A stretch of 61,426 nucleotides of DNA, counting the filler, from Choristocarpus tenellus KU-1152 (taxonomy: Eukaryota; Protista; Phaeophyceae), in the NCBI GenBank assembly GCA_964200185.2. It is 11 parts of 11 records of this genome, joined end to end, with 100 filler letters (N's around TTAATTAATTAA, not from the genome) between each part and the next. Parts side by side here need not be neighbours in the genome. Positions count along the whole stretch, not along the records: positions 38,524 to 42,492 come from CAXNAD020016862.1; positions 42,593 to 45,474 come from CAXNAD020023949.1; positions 45,575 to 51,780 come from CAXNAD020008685.1; positions 51,881 to 56,381 come from CAXNAD020014267.1; 7 more parts are not named here. One strand, given 5' to 3'. The position numbers and the translations under genes were made by a program. Shown here piece after piece: positions 38,525-51,918 of this stretch (its first letter is position 1; each line of letters starts with the position of its first letter). The notes under the pieces were generated by a model, which searched no databases, was not told the DNA's origin, and saw only the letters and a list, made by a program, of their open reading frames with translations.

Positions 38525-40525
38525 CTCAACTACTGCCCCCCCCCATCCGTACGAGCAGGTACTGTTCCCACGGACAGAGGGGTTCCCCACACTCCTCGAG
38601 GTCCTCTTCACCAACTTCCACGGTCATTTCTTTCTTCATCACAACACAACCATCTGGCAGGCACGGCAATATAAGCATTGCAAATCCCGCCTCCCGGAAG
38701 GCCACGTTGCCATGTCCATTGACTTCAGTTCCCAGCTTCCACACAGCCACCAGGACCTAACACAGCAAGAATTTTTTCAATCTATTGTTGACAGCGCTCT
38801 TGACCATTGTTTGGTGGTTGAGGGACACGAGGGAAGGGGGAAATTTAGGGGGGGGGAGGATATGGGCTCACAGCACTACAATTTGTAGTGAAGACAGGAG
38901 TCAGGACAATGAGTGTGTCCAGAACACTATGGAGATATTCATCGGCGGCCACTAAATGCCTTTGGCACGGGAATATAGTCAGACTCTGAAGGTCCTCCAC
39001 ATCTGGTGTCTGATGGGTGTGGTAGTCAGTTTAAGAACCGGTGGCAGATGTGGTGGGTTTCCCAGGCCATTGCGAGGATGGGGATTTCAGTGGTGCACAA
39101 CTTCTTCTCCTCGTGCCACGGCAAATCCACGGCGGATGGAGTTGGAGCCGTGGTGAAGTCAGCCGCCAGGAGGCTGGAGCTCAACGGGGTACGGATGCCG
39201 GGAACCTCATCCTTGGTGGAGACATTGAGGTCTACCGAGACAGAATACTCGCTGAGGGATCCAACGCCAGAGGAAGAGGGGCGCCTCCGTAGGGACCGCA
39301 AGGTTCCTCCAGGATAGACTGTTGTCACCAAGGTCAGATACCCCCCCCCACAATCCACACATATGCTACACATCCTTTTTTTCCACATGCGCTATAATCT
39401 CCAATTTGTATCGACATTTCTTGGTATCCGACACTTCTTCACACGTCCCCCTGGCACCCTCCTAAGTACAACACCTCTTCAATCCACAGCAACTATCTGT
39501 TACAAACACCCACCTTCGCAATCAGGACATAAACACAAATGACAACAGCTTTACTGCATATTAAACTTCTCTTTCCACAACCCACCACCACACACGAGGA
39601 GTATCAACACATTCGTTCTGTCCAGCATCCAACCCTGCGTGTCTTTCATCCTGTAAGGATTCGAAAACACGAAACAAGAATATGCCCTCTCTCTGCGCAT
39701 AAATATCACCATTAGCAAAATACAAATCCGACAACACCATAATTCAACACTGTTTTCTCTTGCGATCATTCCGCAAAATTGATATCCTCGTGCTTAACAT
39801 AAGTGAGGAGTATGTGCATCTAAGTTAGAACCTCTCAATATACACACGACAACACTATATTCCTTAGGATTGGGTGGACAGTGACGGAAGAGCACACACA
39901 AAGACCTTCGCGAAATTGCTACAGCCTGATACCATAAGGAGACAGGACATCGTTCACCTCCCGGTGTACAAAATCGATCGGAAGGGACGACATGACCACC
40001 TCGTCCCCCAGTTCGGCGGCATAAAATCCATGCACAGGTTCATCACCAGTCCAAGTGCAAATGGTACCTCATCCAAGGTCGTCTATACCGAGGTGTCGTG
40101 CTACTGCACGAGCTGTTCAATTGGCAAACCTCACTGGCTGCAAGTGGCAGGGCACACACGTGCCTGCACTCAAGGAGATCCACGTCGGATTTTCCCCCGA
40201 ACACGACGTGTGTGACATTTACCTTAGGAGCCATCTCTCTAGGAAGAAGAGGTAGATCGCAGTGGGGAATGTACGCATTGTGCGGACGGAGCCGTCGGAA
40301 TATGATGGGATGGAGTTCCTGCCGTTCACCGTAAACAAGAAGGAGACCGTGAAATGGAACTCCAGGGACCATTCCATCTATGGAGGGATGTTCAGTGCTG
40401 GTGACGAGGTGGTGTTTGTCAGGGAAGACTTCAAGATGTTGACAGCCACTTTCGGTGATGGAGTGCCGACAGTTCGCCTCTCACGTGCGAATCGGGTGAG
40501 GCCCCCGAGATTCCTAACTAAATAG
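38525..40525 (+). pseudogene. Sola2-type DDD transposase, intron-containing, inactivated
   Basis: Motifs occur in order: H...IWQARQYKHCKSRLPEGHVAMSIDFS...QDLTQQEFF; CSEDRSQD; LHIW/SDGCGSQFKN; HNFFSSCHGKSTADGVGAVVK; a probable intron at about 39333-39867 (aag|gtcaga...ccttag|gat); GIKSMHRF...VSCYCTSC. It has frameshifts and in-frame stops (e.g. 39315-39317). Confidence 0.85.
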
Positions 40526-40639
40526 TACTACATCATTAATAGATATTAGAGACACTACCACGGATGTGATGTGAGGAAGAAGGAACGAGGTGTGTGAGAG
40601 AGATGACAGTATAGGACAAGAAAAAGACATTGCTTCCAA

Positions 40640-41190
40640 CAGTATTTATCAACAGGTTTGACAGGTGACAGGTGCGACTTCCATACTTCATTCCTCCTAG
40701 AAGCGCTTCCAATTTTTGCTTTACACTATTCTATTCCAACTTTTTGCCACCCACCATTAAATGTGGGAATACGTTGTTGTTGGCCATCAATGTTCTCTTG
40801 AGGAACGAGGGCAGGTTTGAGGTACAGTAAGCGGTCCACCATGGAATAAGTGGATTACCAACAAGTCAATATTACTTCCTGAATCACTTTCCTCAGCTCA
40901 ATCCTCGACATCCTACACATCTCCTCCAAACGCTCCTTGCTCTGACTGGCCTTGAATAGACAGCACCAGCTGCCTGAGCTGATCGCATGTTATCTTTTGC
41001 CCCTTCCCTATTGAATGCTATACTAGCCACACACTCCAAAGGTAGAGATCTATGTAATAATGGTGGGTCATGATATAATGGTCTTCCTCCAGGAAGCAAC
41101 TCCCATCTTAAACAAAGATGACTCGCTATCTGCTTTCAAGGCGAATTCTGCGTCATCTGATCCGTCATCTTCTTCCCTGCTTGACATCAT
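40640..41190 (-). pseudogene. Possible PIF/Harbinger transposase N-terminal remnant
   Basis: LFKASQSKERLEEMCRMSRIELRKVIQEV and SVKQKLEALLGGMKYGSRTCHLSNL resemble Harbinger RMS / helix-turn-helix segments; degraded. Confidence 0.3.
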
Positions 41191-41804
41191 CCTCCACACA
41201 CAGAGGGGTAGATCCTGCGCATGGGTCCATATCATTGTCGTATAGGTACCTACCCTTACCGTCTTCAGAGTACTTGGGCATATTTATGGCATATTCTGCA
41301 GCCCTTTGTATGTTGAGGGTGGTTGTATGGTTGTTCGTGTGCCTGTGTTAGTCCCTTTCTCCTCCAAATATCCCAGGTTACACTTTAGGAGCCCTAGAAT
41401 GGCTAAAAGACACATTTTTAGTACGATAACTGTGGAAAGGGGTATCGCTGAATTAATTGCGATATCATTTTGTGTGTAAATGGGGGAAATATCATGTTTG
41501 TGGTACACCGTTGTACACGTCAGACAAATCAAATCTGATTTGTGGCGTAAATATCAATTTTTGACAAACCAGTATTCGTTTCGGGCATAAACCTGAGTGT
41601 GCAGGTTGGGACACCTCCTCACGAAAAATGAATAATTTAAGAGTTAAATCGTTCATTTTTATTATTGTAGCCTCTCATATTTTGCAGTTAACTCTTTCAT
41701 TTGTGGATCCGAATAATTGTACCCATTAATATTTCTGATGGTGTTGGACAATCGATGAAATGTTGACAAATCAACAAGCTATTGTGATTTGTATAAGTTG
41801 TACG

Positions 41805-42064
41805 GAGTCAAAGTAAGCGAGAGGTACCAGTTGCATTTTAAGAATCTCGGGAATTATGTGTAAAATTCTGGGTTTTATACAAAAATGTGTTGGATATTTT
41901 CCGAATTATGTCGAAATCTCTCAAACAATAGAAAAAAATATCCTCTCAAGTTAAACCTATCATAGGACTGGATCCATAGAAATATTGGTGAATTGCAAAA
42001 GATTGAAAACTGGGTTAAAACGCAAACTGGTCAAAAACTGGGTACCTCCCGTTTACTTTGGATC
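41805..42064 (-). mobile_element. MITE family E copy
   Basis: GAGTCAAAGTAAGCGAGAGG...CCTCCCGTTTACTTTGGATC; inverted homologue of 26058-26353; TSD not evident. Confidence 0.7.
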
Positions 42065-42099
42065 ACTCACAAGGACAAATCATTGAGAAGGGATTCAAT

Positions 42100-42410
42100 T
42101 GGAAAAACCAATGAAAAACGATTCAAATGTCAGAACCATTTTTCTCTCTTCTATTTAATATTTTACTATCAGCTATGCTGCACCAATGTCCTCCTGTGCT
42201 TCCACCCCAGCTTAGTCCCTGCATCCCAGTGTGAGGAAATAGGGAAGCATCCCAAGAACATATGCAAATGTCAGAGGGCATACAAATATAATGTATTTGT
42301 ACCAGGGTTCTTTGGTACATGGAAGAGTGGCATGCACAAATATTTATACGTTAACATTTTTATGCCCTCTGACATTTTGGAGATGTGTCAGGGGGGAAAC
42401 CAATGAAAAC
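42100..42410 (+). repeat. Dispersed repeat family D (one unit plus the start of a second)
   Basis: GGAAAAACCAATGAAAAA...TAGGGAAGCATCCCAAGAA...GCCCTCTGACATTTTGGAGATGTGTCAGGGGGGAAACCAATG. Confidence 0.7.
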
Positions 42411-43360
42411 TATATACATACATATATGTCGTTATTAGTCCTAAAGAAATAAAATATCCTAAACATAAGAACACTATAAAACATTGTAAGTGNNNNNNNN
42501 NNNNNNNNNNNNNNNNNNNNNNNNNNNNNNNNNNNNTTAATTAATTAANNNNNNNNNNNNNNNNNNNNNNNNNNNNNNNNNNNNNNNNNNNNAATAGGTA
42601 GTTTTGATGTGATAGAACCCATCACATCACATCACATCACACCGCAATAGCAACCAATAGGTATTTTTGATGTGATAGAACCCATCACATCACATCACAT
42701 CGCATCAACAAAAACTGAAGAATAACACCATACAATAGCCCCCCCCCCATACAAACGAGCATCAAACTTAGACGGTCACTGATATGCATTTTCAAAATGA
42801 CAATAATAACAGATATTCATCTCTAACAGTTGACAGGATTAGGGTATAGATAGATACACACAATATTTCATATAGACATTCCCACCCACGAACTCATAGT
42901 GAACCCTCACTACACAGCACTAGTATACACACACCCACACCAGCAAATACCAACTCAACCCACGCCACCCCCTTTCTCCCTCAAACAACAATCTGCAGTC
43001 ATTCTCATCCTACTTCCACTACTCTACGCCCTAGTCTCTCACACCCAAACACAACCAATTCCACTCGCTACATCCCAAAATATACAAAATACTCTCTCTC
43101 TACTACTGGTACAATCCCTAAAATCTTGAAAACATACTGTCCCAATGATACCCCCCCCCCCCCCAGCCACAAGTAACCCTACTTTGTGCATACCACGTCA
43201 TACCACATCACAAAACACAACACCACAAACTTGATTATCAAAACCTTCAATCTTCATCCTTTCTCCAAACCTCAAACTCTCTAAACCTCATCCGGAGACC
43301 AAACACGACCAAACACAAAATTCATCCTGTTTCATACCATGTTTGGCATCACCACCTCAC

Positions 43361-45345
43361 CTTGCAGTAGAGGACAATGCTGCCATCCTCTCCCCTGACA
43401 ATCACAGACATGCGCTTCCGAGTGGAATTGAAGGGGATAGTCAATAACAGCTCATAACCCTTCTCGCCCAATTCATCCAGGTGCACAATCACCTTCCCAT
43501 CAGGAGTACGGTCCACGAATTCAATGCCTAGCATCTAAGGGCATTGGAAGACCAGTTGGAGTTTAACACACACGAGGTAGGGGGAAGGGAAGAGGATTAA
43601 AGAATAAAAGGCATGGCACCACAATTACCTACAGCAGTACTAGCAGGGCATTGTATAATACACGGAGGCATGGACACACTCCTCAGCACCACACCACCTT
43701 CTTACTCTCCCACAAAACACGGTCTCCCTCTCCCCCCCCCCCAAGCTTCCGCATGAACGTCACATACATCCTACACCACATAGGACATCCAGCACAGGAT
43801 GAAATTCTCACAAGGGATACGTGTAAACGCCTGGCAAATACAAACAAACCCTCATTCAGGATGCCTTCTTGCGCGTCGGCTATCAAAGCATGCACGCACG
43901 ATCAGACAGTCACACATACATACACATACACACACTGTATGGCTTACTATACGATCCATACACACACATACTCAAAGGTAGAAAAAAGACAAACTCTTCC
44001 ACTTAAAAACACCAAGGAAAAATAAAAAAGGCCCCAACAGTCCCCACGTGTAGCTCCTGTACCTTGCCCCCATCGACCAACGCCTCTTCATCCGGTGATT
44101 CTGATTGCATCTGCCTCATCCCAGTTTCTTCATCAACCTCCAGCACCACTGTGTGATTCAACGCAAGACAGGCGACAAAGTCCAATGCCGCAGCACCCTC
44201 ACCATTGCTGCCTTTTGTGCTATCCCTCCCAACCTTAGAACTCAGCACGTGAAGGGGGGGTGCTTCCACCACACGCTGGAGAGGACAGGCATTCATTCGG
44301 AGAGGTAGGAGGTGAGGTTGGAGGGCCAAGGGAAGCAAGCACCAAGGAGAGGGACAAAAGGGAACCAATCAAAGAAAGGCCAATCAGAAAAAAAACAGGT
44401 TTTAAAAACGCAGACCCAAATGCCCCCTGCCTAGACTGAGGGTATATCACCTATCACAACACCTCTTCCTCTTCTCCCCTCCCACACCTCAGAACTTTTT
44501 AACATAAAAATACAAAACGCGAGCAGAAATTACACCAAGACCCCCTTTTTTCGTCCACAACAATATCAACAACAACAACCCCCCCCCCCCCCCACACCCC
44601 CCACCCCCCCCCCCCCCCCCCCCCCCACACCCACCCCCCCCCCCCCCCCTCTCAAAATAAAAAAATAAAACAGTTCTCTTCCACCTCAAGCTGCGCAGGA
44701 GTCAACAGCGCTCTGTCTTCCGCAGACAGTTCTCCATACACCTGCCCCTCCACAGAACACCTCTTGAACTTCATCACGTTTTGAGTGAGGGTACCGGTCT
44801 TGTCACTGAACACATACTCCACCTGTCCTAGGTCCCCGTTCATGTTCGAGGTACGTGCCAAGGCAGGCGTGTCCTGCACACATCACGAATAAATTTAAAA
44901 CCGCAGATCCCAAAAATAAAATTAAAAAAAAAGAGGATAAAGAACGTGAGCTACAAACATCACCAACGCTATTTCACACGCACGAGTAGCCCTGGACATG
45001 AAGCGGACATGGAAGGTATTCATCAATTCGCCCGCCAAGGTCATAGGAAAACCGGGATAGGGAGGGGGGGAGAGTGAAGTGAGTATAACTACGTATATTT
45101 AGGGGAGGGCACATGTTGTTGGATACCAGAACTAGTGTATCTCAATGTCTTGAAACACCTGGAAGTGAGGTCTCTTCCACCCGTACGCTCGGTCCTCACC
45201 TGTTCCTTGTCATACATTTCAAGGTCCTCATCTATGAAGCTGGCCTGGATGGCATTGACCATCTCAAGGGTCACGTACAGACTGATGGGGATGAAATTGT
45301 TGTACAGGATAAGGAATGTAAACCACTGCCCCAAATCTGCTGTAG
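43361..45345 (-). CDS. P4-type ATPase (phospholipid flippase), internal exons
   Basis: [54 protein letters not shown] (DKTGT phosphorylation motif), [19 protein letters not shown] and [20 protein letters not shown]. Confidence 0.95.
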
Positions 45346-45638
45346 AAGTTGACGAATCACAATTGTCCCTGTTTGTTTACATCCAGCACCCCCCCCCCCC
45401 CCCCCCCCCCCACCATCCCAGCATATATGCCCCAAAAAACAAAGCCTACCCAAAAAAAAAACAAAAAAAAAGTANNNNNNNNNNNNNNNNNNNNNNNNNN
45501 NNNNNNNNNNNNNNNNNNTTAATTAATTAANNNNNNNNNNNNNNNNNNNNNNNNNNNNNNNNNNNNNNNNNNNNCCCCCCCCCAACTTGTGCAGTGGCAG
45601 GTCTAATAACTACTTGAGGTGTGAGGCAGTATCACCAA

Positions 45639-48600
45639 CTAGAAGGCAATTACTTCCGACCATAGTTTGAGGATATCCTCCCCAGCTGCTTCAGGACTAT
45701 CTTCTGCTTTACTTAAAATGTCAAGCAGGACCAAAGCAAGCTGGCCTTTTTTATCCATGTCGGCTGGGGTGTGCTGACATGAAAGGGTACTCTCAAACTC
45801 CTCTGATTTCTGCTGGGCAGCTGATATCACCTGGAAGATTGCATTATTCAAGGAGGGGGCAATTGTATCATTAGAGTACTGTGGGATTACACATGTAGAA
45901 TGTTTATTAAATTAAGGCTTGCCTTTCCTCTGCATTATCGATTACACTGTTATTGATGCTGTCTACTCCACCCTTCCTTCATGATCCAATCCCCTTTGTG
46001 GGAGTAAGTTACTTGAAGACTTCAAAGGGAAGGTAGGGATGTGCAACATTGACTCACATACCATCCGTGTATGGGAGTATATATAGTACAAGGTACATCG
46101 TATTTACACATTTGATTGGATGAAAAGTATTCAGCGTGAGACTGTCTCACGCTACTTTTCATCCAAACAAATGTGTTAATAATTAATACATCTCAAGTCT
46201 TTAATATGTAAGTGTGTGTAAGTCAAGAATACAGACCACACACTTCGTGTATACTTTGGAAACATTTCTACAATGGGATAACTAACAACCAGATCTCTCA
46301 CCGACGGAGGAAGTTGAGCTAACCGAGCAACATTTATTCCAAAGCTCTTCGGGCAAGGACCTGGAGCTAACTTGTAGAGGAACGTCACCCTCTGCTCCTC
46401 CCCATCGCCCTCCACCAGACAGGACATGTGACCAAGGGCCACCTATTAAAAAAAAAGTCAAATGATCGATGTATAGCATAAAAAGCAAAAAAAAAGAAAC
46501 GGCGTTGGGGCACACGGAAAGAAGAAAGTTCCAAGAGAGCACTCTCAGTCATACATACAGGCAGGCAACACAACACCTATCTTGTGTTTCAAGAAAACAA
46601 TGACGAAAGCAACCCCCAACACGACACATTTATTAATAAACACAAAAAATATTATACAAAAAATAACACCAGTAAACAAACATGATGCTGTGTGTATTGT
46701 TGCTAGCAATAAATAGTCCTTTCGCGGTGGGTGACTTAACCTCACTGTGCTGGCCCCAGTCCTCGACCAGGGAGTGGTAGTGGGTTGCAAACATGGCCAG
46801 ACACTTGGCGCTCTTGACCAAGAAGTTGGCGACAGCGTGTGCAATGGCTGTGCCATCAAAGGTTGATGTACCACGGCCTTGGGTGGGGATTGACAGTTAC
46901 ATGGGTTGTTCAAGGGTCAAAGTACCTGGGGGGGTGGCGGCTATCCATTTGGCGCCAATTTTTTCATGTCGTGATTTCACAGCAGTGTATAACTTAAAAA
47001 CCAGGAGAGAGACCAACAAGACAAACGACATGCTCAAACAACAGCACTTATTTAGACCTTAAAGATGTGCAGCTCTCTTACCAAGCTCATCGAGAATGAC
47101 CAAGCTCCTATTTGTGGCATGGTGCAAGATATTGGCAGTTTCGCTGAGCTCAACAAAAAAGGTAGATTGACCAGCCAGGATTCGATCAGATGCCCCAACA
47201 CGCGTGAAAATGCGATCAAAGGGAGTCAGGTAGGCCTCCTCAGCCGGAACAAAGCAGCCCACCTGTGATGCATCATTTGTGATTTATTTTTTTTAAATGG
47301 GGTTTTATTTATTCTTCAAGAAAATCGACTCAAGAGATACAAACAAACAAACAAAAAATCCTCTCCCACCTGTGCATCATTCTTTTTAGTTTAAAAAAAA
47401 ACAGGGTTTACTTTTTGAGAAAATTGACTCAACTCAACAGAATACAAACAAAAAAATCCTTTCCCCAATCAACAATCGATAATAAATAATCAAATAGTAT
47501 GTGACAAAAACAAACACAAACAAAAAAGTGCATAGCCGACTTGCGCTGACCACCCCCCCTAACCCTAACCCTTGAACGGGGAAGAAAAGAGAGGGGGTGG
47601 GGAAGCGCACTTCAAATAATAGAGCCGGTGTCACACACACACACACACACACCTGTGCCAGGATGGCCACCAGACAGGTTTGGCGCAGGAGAGTCGACTT
47701 CCCGCCCATGTTGGGGCCTGAGAGGAGGAGCATGCTTGGGGAGTCTGGCGCATCATCATCCACGAGCTTGGTTGGTACCTTGCCCAGGGCTGTGTCATTG
47801 GGGATGTACTCCCCACCTTGGTACGTGTTGGCCAGGCAAGGGTGCCGTGCATTCTTGAGTCGAATGAAGGAAGTCATCTCTTTGCCATCATAGCCATCAT
47901 AGCCATCATATAAGTTCGGCCTTGAGAACCCCGGTTGCAATGAAACATCGGCGAGAGCGAGGAGGGCATCTACATGGGCCAGGGATCGCACTGCGGCTGC
48001 CCACAGCTCACCGTGCTGATCAAACTTGGCAAAGATGCGACGCATCTATCGACATTTGGACATACAAGGGGGAAACAAGTAGAGACATGGAAGGGTGTGT
48101 ATGTATATATACATACACACATACATATACATATACACATATATATATAGCCTGTGCGCTAGTTGAGAGCCTCCGTGACGAATTAATCTCAAGGTGAATG
48201 AAATATGAATCAAAAACTTGGGGGAGGGGGGGAAACGCTATTATACTGCACCCAAGATTTTCTGTTTTCCTTGTGCGTGAGAGAGACTCTGCTTAAAGGC
48301 GGAAATATCACGACTGCAAGCAAGCAAGCAAGCAAGCAAGCAAGCGCCACGTAAGTGCTCACGTCACATCAACCAACCCATCCTTCAACAAAACATTGGA
48401 CGACACTTGGGCTGGACTGGATACACAAATCAAATCGATTAACGTGGCAGAACAAACAAACTTGCACCTCTCAAGCTGTTGACCCCCCTGGGATTATCAA
48501 CGCGGACAACAATGCTACACACTACTCAAAGTACACTCAAGGTACAGACAGGGCAGGCAGCGGAGGGGGCCTCCACTAATGCAAGTATGAGAGGTCCCAC

Positions 48601-51510
48601 CTGGTCCTTCTGTGCATCATCCAGCCGCTGCTCGGCCTCAGCTAGCTCCTGCAGCTTCTCCTTGATGAAGGAGTTCCAAAATCGTTTCCAGCCTTTTTTC
48701 TTGCTCTTTATCTCGTAGCCCTTGGGCTGCAGGGGAAGGTCTCACATTAGTTCGTAACATTAATAGATCATTGACACATGCCTGTTGCCAGGGATGTTGT
48801 AAAAGGTCAGCTCTAACCCTAACCCTAATACTTGGTTTGGTGCGACCCTGAGAGGGGACCTTCCAAATGGGCGTGTGCATTGCAATGATCAAAGTATAAG
48901 AGGACACCCCCCATTATTGACAAGCACAAGCAGGAGACGCTTCAAAACAGAGTAAGGTGCAGAGCTCGAGTCAAAAATTAAAAAATAGAAAAGGGCATCT
49001 ATCTGAACTCTTTTCTCAGAGGATTTGTCAGTGCTCAAGTAAACATGTCATGTTACTAAGACCATGAATACCCCTTGCACTGGCACTACCAGTGTGAGCA
49101 GGATCACCCTCCTTCTATTGTGATGAACAATAAATAAGGCCACCCTGTGGTAAAAGGTGTACTCAATCAATTCAGGACCTTCAACAGCCCAGAGAAAATA
49201 TATATATATATATATGTTGCCGGTAGGGTCATTGATTGTGCTCCTCTTAAGATAATCGTCTCACTCCTCAGCTACCATAGCACCAAAAAGAAGGCAAAAG
49301 AAGTCCACTGGGTTTTAGAGTGTAGGGGAGGGGAGTGTGACCATAACGCGTAACGGGTATTTCCCATCGAAAAAATAAGCCCCCTCAAAAAGAACGCCTC
49401 ATTAGGTACGACTGTAAAAACCCATGAACAAACGAGGAAGAACCACCCCCCTCCCCTTGATTGTCTTTTTCAAAACCTTTAGAGTATACACTCAAATCCT
49501 CCGTGTACCACTACATTTAATATGTAATTTTTTTTTGTACCATTTAATACGAGATTCTGAAGGGTCCGGTGTCTGACCTGACCGTGCTTGGCGAGGACCT
49601 TTTCAGGCACTTCCAGCTGATATCTATCCTTTGCCGTACCCCAATACTTCACTTCAGAACAGCGAAGGAGTTGCCGTTGTTCCGCCAGGTGCTCCACCAG
49701 CTCAGACTCAATCTCGTTGATACGTTCCTGCTCCAAGCGAGGTCCAAGAGAGTGAGTTTTCCAAAAAAAAAGGAGGCGGAATATCACCAACAATAAACCG
49801 TAGCATAAATAAATACATACATACATATATAATATAATAATATAATATAATATATGTATATATACACTAGAGTTTTCCCAACCAATTACCTCAACAGAAA
49901 AAATAGGAAGAAAAAAAAGAGACGGGCAACAACATCTCAATAGTTGAACAACTTTCTCAACAACTTTCTCAACAACAAACAACTTGAGTTGACCTCTCTC
50001 CACAACATCCGATCGCTCTCACACACACAAGCATACTAATTGTCGTCGAATGAAGAGTCTCTCACCCACCTTGGCCTTGTCAAACGTTTCGTCCACGCCT
50101 GGCTTGGGCTTGATCACCCCGTCCTTCTTGGCCTGCCCGGCTTCAAACGCCTGTCTGAAGAAGGCAACGGCGGAGGTCATGTCCGGGAACTGTCCCCCTT
50201 CCGGGTGGGGAAGGACGCACTGGCGGAGGAGCTTGCTCTTGACGGCTGCAGAGGCAAAGACCTCGGGTAATCGATCCGCTGCCTCGAGACCGTCCAGCGC
50301 TAACAGGAAGTCTTTCACCTGTTAGTTATATTTACATAGGGGCACATCAAGCATCAGCTGGGGTTGTAAGGTTAACAAAGGTTATCTATCGGGGCTTAGG
50401 GTTAGGGTTGTAAGGTTATCAGGGTTTTAGGGTTATAAGGTTGTCAGTGATTTAGAGTTGTAAGGTTATCAGGGTTTTAGGGTTGTAAGGTTGTCAGGGT
50501 TTTAGGATTGTAAGGTTGTCAGGGATTTAGAGTTGTAAGGTTATCAGGGTTTTAGGGTTGTAAGGTTGTCAGGGATTTAGAGTTGTAAGGTTATCAGGGT
50601 TTTAGGGTTGTAAGGTTGTCAGGGTTTTAGGGTTGTAAGGTTGTCAGGGATTTAGAGTTGTAAGGTTATCAGGGTTTTAGAGTTGTAAGGTTGTCAGGGA
50701 TTTAGAGTTGTAAGGTTATCAGGGTTTTAGGGTCGGTCACAAGGCATATTTCACACCGGAAATTAAAAAAAATCTACTAAATATATATATTTTTTTCTCA
50801 AACATCTCTCCCGCAGTCGCACAGTAACATATGTACAGTGCCATAGAAAATAAATAAAAAAGAAATATACCCTTACGCTGTATATATATATATATACCTT
50901 TCGAATGGAATACTTCGTATCCTCGTACATGATGGCTCGGCTCTCAGGATGCTCACTCCCCCTGTGCTTTGAGGCCATCGAATGCACCCTAGACAACAGC
51001 CGTTCTAAATCGGGCAGCTTCTTCAGGAGATTTCTCGCTGCATCTGCCTCCGGAGACAAATCCGTAACAAGCTCCTCCACCACATCGAGGCGTGTATTTA
51101 TGTACCTGGCAAAGTGAAACGCACGAGAGTCGATTTCATTCGTCGATTTCACTTTGTCGATTTCATTCATCGATTTCACTTTGTCGATTTCATTCGTCGA
51201 TTTCACTTTGTCGATTTCACTTTGTCGATTTCATTCGTCGATTTCATTCCGTACGGTCCCTGTCAAAAAGAAAAAGAAAAAAAAGTACTGTCTAACTAAT
51301 AATAATAACTAACATCGACTATGAAAAAATAATATGCAGGATGGTACATAAACTAGAATTTTAAAAAAAATAGCAAAAGAGTTCCGGTAAACCATCGTTA
51401 TCATATCATCTAACCAACCTAACCCTAACCCTAACCCTAACCCTTGTCAGTCCTCAAACTACGACAAAAAGATCACACACGACCTGCAACACACTGCACT
51501 CAAAAAAATC

Positions 51511-51541
<31 letters not shown>

Positions 51542-51740
51542 TACAGCACAGTCCACAGCTTACACAGGTTGGAGCAGCGGCTTGCAGATCCAGTCCTTGA
51601 GCAAACGCCTTCCAAAAGCCGTGTTGCACCTGTTCACAAAACCCCAGAGACTACCCTTCTCCCCACCATCACTATTGCTTCGGAGTATCTCAAGGTTCGA
51701 CAGCGATACGCCATCCAACACCATGTGCCGTTGCCCCTGC
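45639..51740 (-). CDS. MSH6: DNA mismatch repair protein MSH6, C-terminal multi-exon part
   Basis: [146 protein letters not shown] and [20 protein letters not shown]; stop at 45639. Confidence 0.95.
46914..46980 (+). mobile_element. MITE family B fragment in an MSH6 intron
   Basis: GGGTCAAAGTACCTGGGGGGGTGGCGGCTATCCATTTGG..AATTTTTTCATGTCG. Confidence 0.75.
50396..50732. repeat. 25-bp telomere-like minisatellite in an MSH6 intron, about 13 units
   Basis: Unit TTTTAGGGTTGTAAGGTTRTCAGGG, beginning with TTAGGGTTAGGG. Confidence 0.9.
51130..51248. repeat. 13/14-bp alternating minisatellite
   Basis: CGATTTCATTCGT / CGATTTCACTTTGT repeats next to an MSH6 splice acceptor. Confidence 0.9.
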
Positions 51741-51748
51741 CCCCCAGC

Positions 51749-51780
<32 letters not shown>

Positions 51781-51880
51781 NNNNNNNNNNNNNNNNNNNN
51801 NNNNNNNNNNNNNNNNNNNNNNNNTTAATTAATTAANNNNNNNNNNNNNNNNNNNNNNNNNNNNNNNNNNNNNNNNNNNN

Positions 51881-51918
51881 AACGGACGCCGACACCCCCC
51901 CCCCAGATACTTTGACCC
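51881..51918 (-). mobile_element. Family C terminus at contig start
   Basis: AACGGACGCCGACACCCCCCCCCCAGATACTTTGACCC. Confidence 0.8.

Noticed and set aside
45345-45639. Functional linkage of the P4-ATPase and MSH6
   Set aside because: Separated by an artificial gap; the adjacency is unverified.
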